Below are positions 59,598 through 64,000 of a DNA stretch of 64,000 nt, piece after piece. The stretch comes from a virus: the IMG/VR virus record IMGVR_UViG_3300045988_094266. One strand, given 5' to 3'. Each line of letters opens with the position of its first letter. Position 1 is the stretch's first letter. The notes under the pieces are model-generated. The model saw nothing but the letters and a program-made list of their open reading frames with translations, searched no databases and was not told the origin of the DNA. The position numbers and the translations under genes are program-made.

Positions 59598-60080
59598 TCA
59601 TTTCATTTTAACCCATTCCTTATTTCTAGCTTTTTTATCGAGTAAGGTAGACAAATCCGCAGGTTTCTTCATATGACGGTCATCTCCATCACGGAATTCA
59701 TCCCAACCGAGCAGGAGATACTTCAGATGCTCAGGAGCATCATCAGGGAAAATATCGGTAGAAGCGATATACCAACCAATCCCTACGGCATATCTAGCTA
59801 CGGACTCCCGCAACCAATCTTCGTCAGCGGCCTTATTTCCACGAATTACAAGAATAGGCCCATTGTCAAAGCCGCGAGCATGCTTTAGACCATCATAGCC
59901 TTTATCGGTATCAACAATCTTCTTACCATAGGCTTTTGCATATTCTGCATCGCTATAGTAGCGAACATCTCGATGATTCTTAGTATTTGGATGCTCTACA
60001 GTAACATAATATTTACCATTTTTAATAAAAGGCTCTTCAGTAATGCGCTTATAGGACTGAAAACTAGGTGCAACAGGCAT
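59598..60080 (-). CDS. Hypothetical protein
   Basis: 160-aa ORF; RBS present. Confidence 0.3.
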   Translation of the reverse strand: MPVAPSFQSYKRITEEPFIKNGKYYVTVEHPNTKNHRDVRYYSDAEYAKAYGKKIVDTDKGYDGLKHARGFDNGPILVIRGNKAADEDWLRESVARYAVGIGWYIASTDIFPDDAPEHLKYLLLGWDEFRDGDDRHMKKPADLSTLLDKKARNKEWVKMK

Positions 60081-60382
60081 AATTTAAACCTCCTTAATGA
60101 TTTTCACGAATTTCATTAAGCGCGTTCTTGCTCAAGCTAATACAACCTTCGCAATCCCAGGGGATAATTTTTACAGAATTTAAATTTTCCTCGCCGTAGT
60201 AATCAGCTACATTTCTGAGAGCTTCAGCGAAGTCGTTACCGTATGTAATGCCCTGATAAGTCTTTACTTGAAACTCCTCGAACATTTCTACCTCGTATTC
60301 ATAGTAATTCTTCATCTTTTGATACTCCTTTCCTCATCTTCTATAATTATTATATCATTATTTTTTAATTTTTGCAAAAGAA

Positions 60383-60408
60383 AAAGAGCTTCCTTTAAGG
60401 AAGCTCTT
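60383..60408 (-). terminator. Intrinsic terminator hairpin (agagcttcc-tttaa-ggaagctct)
   Basis: 9-bp inverted repeat. Confidence 0.45.
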
Positions 60409-60784
60409 TGTTAGTTAATAAAGTTTTAAGATGCCTCTTCTTTGATTTTATAATCATAATCAAGATTTTTGAGAAATTCGCCAAAATCATATCCAGAAAT
60501 AATTCTACCGAATTTTGCGATAAATTGAGTTTGTGCGAAAAGAATAGCAAGCCTATATGCCTCGTCCGCGATCATATACTCAGGAGTTTCTCTATCAATA
60601 GGGAAATGGCTCTCAAAAGTTTTATTTTCAATAGAGCAAGTAATAATAGCAGTCATGGCATTTACTTCCTTTCTTATTTTATATATTTATTATATATTAT
60701 AATAAATATAATTGCAACAAAAGAAAAAAATAGAAGATGCGCGGGTAGGCGAGATTGGAAATTCTCCAATCTCGCCTATTAGGA

Positions 60785-61660
60785 TTACTTAGATGTGTCT
60801 CCAGTGAGGAAGCTAAAAGGATTAGAGTTGCCCATCATAGCAGAAAGCATAAACATTTTACCCATATCGTTTCCATTATTGCCATCATTATTGCCAAACA
60901 CCATGCTTGCCATCATCATAGGCATGAGATTGCCAAAAGGCTGGTCAGGAGAAGGTGCAGTATTACCAAAGTTTACGATAGGCATAATCTTGGTAATAAA
61001 GTTAAAGCCAAAGGGATTAGAGGTGGGAATTACAGTTTTAACCTCAGACTCAAGGATATCAATGACTTCAATGTTACCTTCAGAAATTGACGAAACGAAC
61101 ATGGGGTGATGCTTATGAATAATCATGTCGCCTTCCTTTACAGCAGAAGCCGCGACAGGCATACGATATACCATATTCTGGAAGGTGAAAGTAAAACCAG
61201 TCACATCAATGGTCTGCTTAGAGGTAGGATTATAGGTAAAATATTCACCCTTAGAATTACGAATAGCCAAGCCATAAGGAGAAAAGGCCACCTCATCTCC
61301 GCAAGGGCCAAAATCAAAGTTCATATTAAAGCCTTTTCGAGTAGTGTTTCCGCTTTTGTTGGGCATAGGCGCATTGATGTTAGAATTGGTGTCAACCATA
61401 TGAATAGTCCTTTCTTTAACAAGATAAGCGAATCCATCAGTTACAGGGATCGCGCTGGTAATATCGGTTCCGGTGTCAGTTAAATAGAGCATAGAGTTTT
61501 TATCTGTAATCTCTATTTTGACTATATAATCGGTACTAGTATTACTTAGTTTCTTTAGGGTTCTCCACGAATCATACGAAATTTTATTATAACCGAATTT
61601 AACTTTTTCGGCGTATTCGGTAAGGATAAGATTTATAAGACTTGAATTGAGGATATACAT
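60785..61660 (-). CDS. Hypothetical protein (Gly/Asn/Met-rich C-terminus)
   Basis: 291-aa ORF. Confidence 0.3.
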   Translation of the reverse strand: MYILNSSLINLILTEYAEKVKFGYNKISYDSWRTLKKLSNTSTDYIVKIEITDKNSMLYLTDTGTDITSAIPVTDGFAYLVKERTIHMVDTNSNINAPMPNKSGNTTRKGFNMNFDFGPCGDEVAFSPYGLAIRNSKGEYFTYNPTSKQTIDVTGFTFTFQNMVYRMPVAASAVKEGDMIIHKHHPMFVSSISEGNIEVIDILESEVKTVIPTSNPFGFNFITKIMPIVNFGNTAPSPDQPFGNLMPMMMASMVFGNNDGNNGNDMGKMFMLSAMMGNSNPFSFLTGDTSK

Positions 61661-61663
61661 ATC

Positions 61664-62266
61664 TTATACCTTCAGTCTCTTGTTGAGTTCAGCAATTAGC
61701 TCCTCGTTAGTAAAGTCACTAAGAGATTTCCCATTTTTATCAAGAATGAAAGCCGGCGCGAGCCCGCCGCTGTTGCCGTAGTAGTTGCGGTTCGCAGATC
61801 CATCGTAGTCGACAATGCAAACGCTGTACGAGGCCCAATTATCCTTTTCAGGGCTTCCCCAAGGAGTAACAAGCCAGAACGAATCCTTGATATGAGGGGT
61901 TAGGATATGATTATACTTTCGATGTTCATCGAAGGTAAGTGGTGCAACAGTGGTATTTAGCGAACCATATCCTTTATATCCATCCATTGCAGTCAGGTCG
62001 ACATCGCGCGGAATAGCCTTGATGCCAGTTTTCTTAAGCCAAGCCTCAGCGCCCTTCCGCAATGTACTCTCTTTATAGTTATTAGAATTTCCAAAGACAA
62101 AATCAATTCCCACTTCAAGTGCAATTACGAAGGGGTTACCATCAATTTCGTCAAGAACAAGGCACTTTACTCCATTTACAGTAATAGTCTCACCAATCAT
62201 ATTTCTCTTCCTTTCTTTAATTAGAATACTCTTCAACCATTTGAGAAAGCATATCAATTTCATCAT
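61664..62266 (-). CDS. Hypothetical protein
   Basis: 200-aa ORF. Confidence 0.3.
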   Translation of the reverse strand: MMKLICFLKWLKSILIKERKRNMIGETITVNGVKCLVLDEIDGNPFVIALEVGIDFVFGNSNNYKESTLRKGAEAWLKKTGIKAIPRDVDLTAMDGYKGYGSLNTTVAPLTFDEHRKYNHILTPHIKDSFWLVTPWGSPEKDNWASYSVCIVDYDGSANRNYYGNSGGLAPAFILDKNGKSLSDFTNEELIAELNKRLKV

Positions 62267-62411
62267 CTGTTATGTTATCAAAAAAGATGCCGTATTTTGC
62301 GCAGATTTGAGCTTGCTGAGATGGATCATTCATAGCCCATGGCTTTGAAGCCAATTCTCGAGCAGCCAGTTCAAAAGCGCCAGTGTATGCGAAAAATGAC
62401 ATATCCATATT

Positions 62412-62846
62412 TTATACCTCCTCTACAGAATCAAACTCATGAATTAAGATTGCTCCATTGCTGATTTTTTCTGCGCAAATGATGTGTTTAATTTCATATT
62501 TATTTTCATCGGGACAGTAAACAATATGTCCACTTTTTAGCAAGGAAAGAAAGTCACTTTGATAGTAAGTACGACCTCCGAACTCGTTGCAAATTTTAAG
62601 GCGAATTTTATATCCTTCATCAACAGAATAGAGATCTCTTACATTATTATCTACTTCGCATAACCGCCAAGTTGGGTCTCCATTACTAATACTAACCCCA
62701 AGAATCGGAATAGGACTATAAGTTTCTTGAATAGCGAAGAATTTAGCTCTTTTGAGTTGGTCTGTATCAGAAAAGCCGAGGAACTCGCAGATTCTTACAG
62801 TGGAGTTCTTATATCCTTCTGATTTAATCAGTTCACTAATCTTCAT
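62412..62846 (-). CDS. Hypothetical protein
   Basis: 144-aa ORF. Confidence 0.25.
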   Translation of the reverse strand: MKISELIKSEGYKNSTVRICEFLGFSDTDQLKRAKFFAIQETYSPIPILGVSISNGDPTWRLCEVDNNVRDLYSVDEGYKIRLKICNEFGGRTYYQSDFLSLLKSGHIVYCPDENKYEIKHIICAEKISNGAILIHEFDSVEEV

Positions 62847-62908
62847 AACTTTTACTTCCTTTCCTTAACTTTCTATATATATTATATAATAATTTTATAA
62901 AAAAATAA

Positions 62909-62934
62909 AGACGCTCTTTTAAGAGCGTCTTTAT
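62909..62934 (-). terminator. Intrinsic terminator hairpin (aagacgctc-ttttaa-gagcgtctt)
   Basis: 9-bp inverted repeat with flanking T/A runs. Confidence 0.45.
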
Positions 62935-62935
62935 T

Positions 62936-63442
62936 TTACTCAAGGTCGATTACATAATTCTCTTGGATAAATGAATCTTCTGGAATATAGATGGTATACT
63001 CAGTAGACCAGGGTCCAAGCAGGAAATTCAAAACTGGGTTTTTAAAACGGATTTTGTTTTCTTCTATGTATGGGGCATCATCTGTATTCTTAATATAGGA
63101 CTGATCTGCCTCAATAGATTTGGCGGTTACACCTTTATCGGTTTGATACAGGAATGAGTAATAGAGCCCATCTTCTGTATAATAACGGCCTACGTAAGAA
63201 CTAAAATTATCACTCAAAGCAGTAATAGAATATGTTTGAGTGGTTTTCGCAGAATAGGTTGCGGGTTCAACAAAAATAACAATACCACAAATTATAATCG
63301 CAAATAAGAAAGCGATAAATGCTGAAAGTACAACTCCGAGAATTGTAGAGAATAGATATTCTGCAAAAGAGTCACAGTCTTTATATAATACTATAAGAGA
63401 TGTAACCATGAGTAATATAAAGAATCCAATAGCTAATGGCAT
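62936..63442 (-). CDS. Membrane protein (two N-terminal TM helices)
   Basis: 168-aa ORF; last minus-strand gene before the divergent region. Confidence 0.3.
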   Translation of the reverse strand: MPLAIGFFILLMVTSLIVLYKDCDSFAEYLFSTILGVVLSAFIAFLFAIIICGIVIFVEPATYSAKTTQTYSITALSDNFSSYVGRYYTEDGLYYSFLYQTDKGVTAKSIEADQSYIKNTDDAPYIEENKIRFKNPVLNFLLGPWSTEYTIYIPEDSFIQENYVIDLE

Positions 63443-63564
63443 AAGTAAAACCTCTTTTCTTATTTATATAAATATATTACCATATTTTATTAAGATACGC
63501 AAGTAAATCTTATGGATTATAACGAACCGTCATAATTTCTCACGGGGATGCGGGAATTTTTTAG

Positions 63565-63600
63565 GCAGAGAAATTGACAATTCCGCGGTAATTTTAATAA
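63565..63600 (+). promoter_or_regulatory. Plus-strand sigma-70-type promoter (TTGACA-N17-TAAAAT) in the divergent intergenic region
   Basis: ttgacaattccgcggtaattttaataaaat, upstream of the plus-strand RHH gene. Confidence 0.4.
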
Positions 63601-63607
63601 AATGGTC

Positions 63608-63712
63608 ATAGAGGTATTTTTGTCCAAAATTTTCTAACGAGTGTCCAAAAATTTCTAATAAAGTGTCCGATTTTTTCTAATGACTTGTCCAAAATTTTCT
63701 AATGTATTGATT
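63608..63712. repeat. Four direct repeats of (T)GTCCAAAATTTTCTAA spaced about 25 nt apart (operator or iteron-like)
   Basis: Copies at ~63611, 63641, 63661 (degenerate GTCCGATTTTTTCTAA) and 63686. Confidence 0.55.
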
Positions 63713-63813
63713 GTTCTATTGTTTATAATTTTAGAAAAAAGTTTAACAAATTTTAGGACAAAACCAGAAAATTATGTTATAATAAAAGTAAAGAATAGTA
63801 GAGAGGTGATTTT

Positions 63814-63957
63814 ATGAATTATTCCACTGTTTCTGTTAGATTAACAGAGGAAGAGAAGAAAGATTTGGAAGTCTTTGCTAAGAGTTGTGATTTAACAATG
63901 TCTTAGGTAATTAGAAAGGCTGTTAAAGAATATATTGAGAAAAATAAAATAGACTAA
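63814..63957 (+). CDS. Ribbon-helix-helix (CopG/Arc-like) DNA-binding protein with one in-frame TAG
   Basis: MNYSTVSVRLTEEEKKDLEVFAKSCDLTMS[TAG]VIRKAVKEYIEKNKID, ending in TAA; RBS GAGAGGTGA upstream. Confidence 0.5.
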
Positions 63958-63972
63958 AGGAGATTAAACTAA

Positions 63973-64000
63973 ATGACTAATGATACTTATAAAGTTTTTA
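63973..64000 (+). CDS. Start of a plus-strand gene (MTNDTYKVF...), truncated at the window end
   Basis: AAGGAGATTAAACTAA-ATG directly after the RHH gene. Confidence 0.3.

Overview
This window is an AT-rich (about one-third GC) stretch of a large, probably jumbo, bacteriophage genome. Almost all genes are on the minus strand and are organised as repeated promoter-gene-terminator units. Shine-Dalgarno sites are strong (AAGGAGG-type) and the proteins include S-layer-homology and SPOR cell-wall-binding domains, which points to a Firmicutes-type host. What I see, in order of interest: (1) TAG is used as a sense codon. In-frame TAGs sit inside the conserved ThyX 'RHR' motif, uracil-DNA glycosylase, a GIY-YIG nuclease, both lysins and all tail-fibre-like genes, and a tRNA with a CUA anticodon is encoded at 37196..37270. 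TAA and TGA still terminate, so this looks like genetic code 15. Six-frame ORF calling with the standard code fragments these genes. (2) A cluster of about 30 tRNA genes plus a tmRNA lies at roughly 36.1-54.6 kb. Several members are atypical: class-I tRNAs with Leu-type anticodons, a tRNA-like gene with a ~40-nt insertion, and a 3' tRNA fragment. (3) A vault-like gene pair: an 813-aa major-vault-protein-like protein (30771..33212) sits next to a ~507-aa protein whose architecture matches Ro60/TEP1 (TROVE-like N-terminal domain plus von Willebrand A domain, 33624..35147), directly upstream of the tRNA and tRNA-like RNA cluster. (4) A tRNA-repair suite: Thg1-like 3'-5' nucleotidyltransferase, Pnkp-like kinase plus calcineurin-type phosphoesterase, an RNA-ligase-family enzyme, a Pol-beta nucleotidyltransferase, a DEDD exonuclease and a PIN-PhoH protein. 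(5) An NAD+ module (PRPP-synthetase-like protein plus NAMPT-like protein, the NARP1-like pair, together with PncA-like and NadE proteins). (6) Replication genes (type II topoisomerase A and B, ATP-dependent DNA ligase, RNase H, ThyX, UDG), a lysis cassette (holin, lysozyme-amidase-SLH lysin, glycosidase-SPOR lysin), two free-standing homing-endonuclease-like genes, about 26 copies of one promoter motif, a 55-nt element present twice, and iteron-like repeats beside a ribbon-helix-helix gene at the right end. All coordinates I indexed by hand may be off by 1-3 nt.
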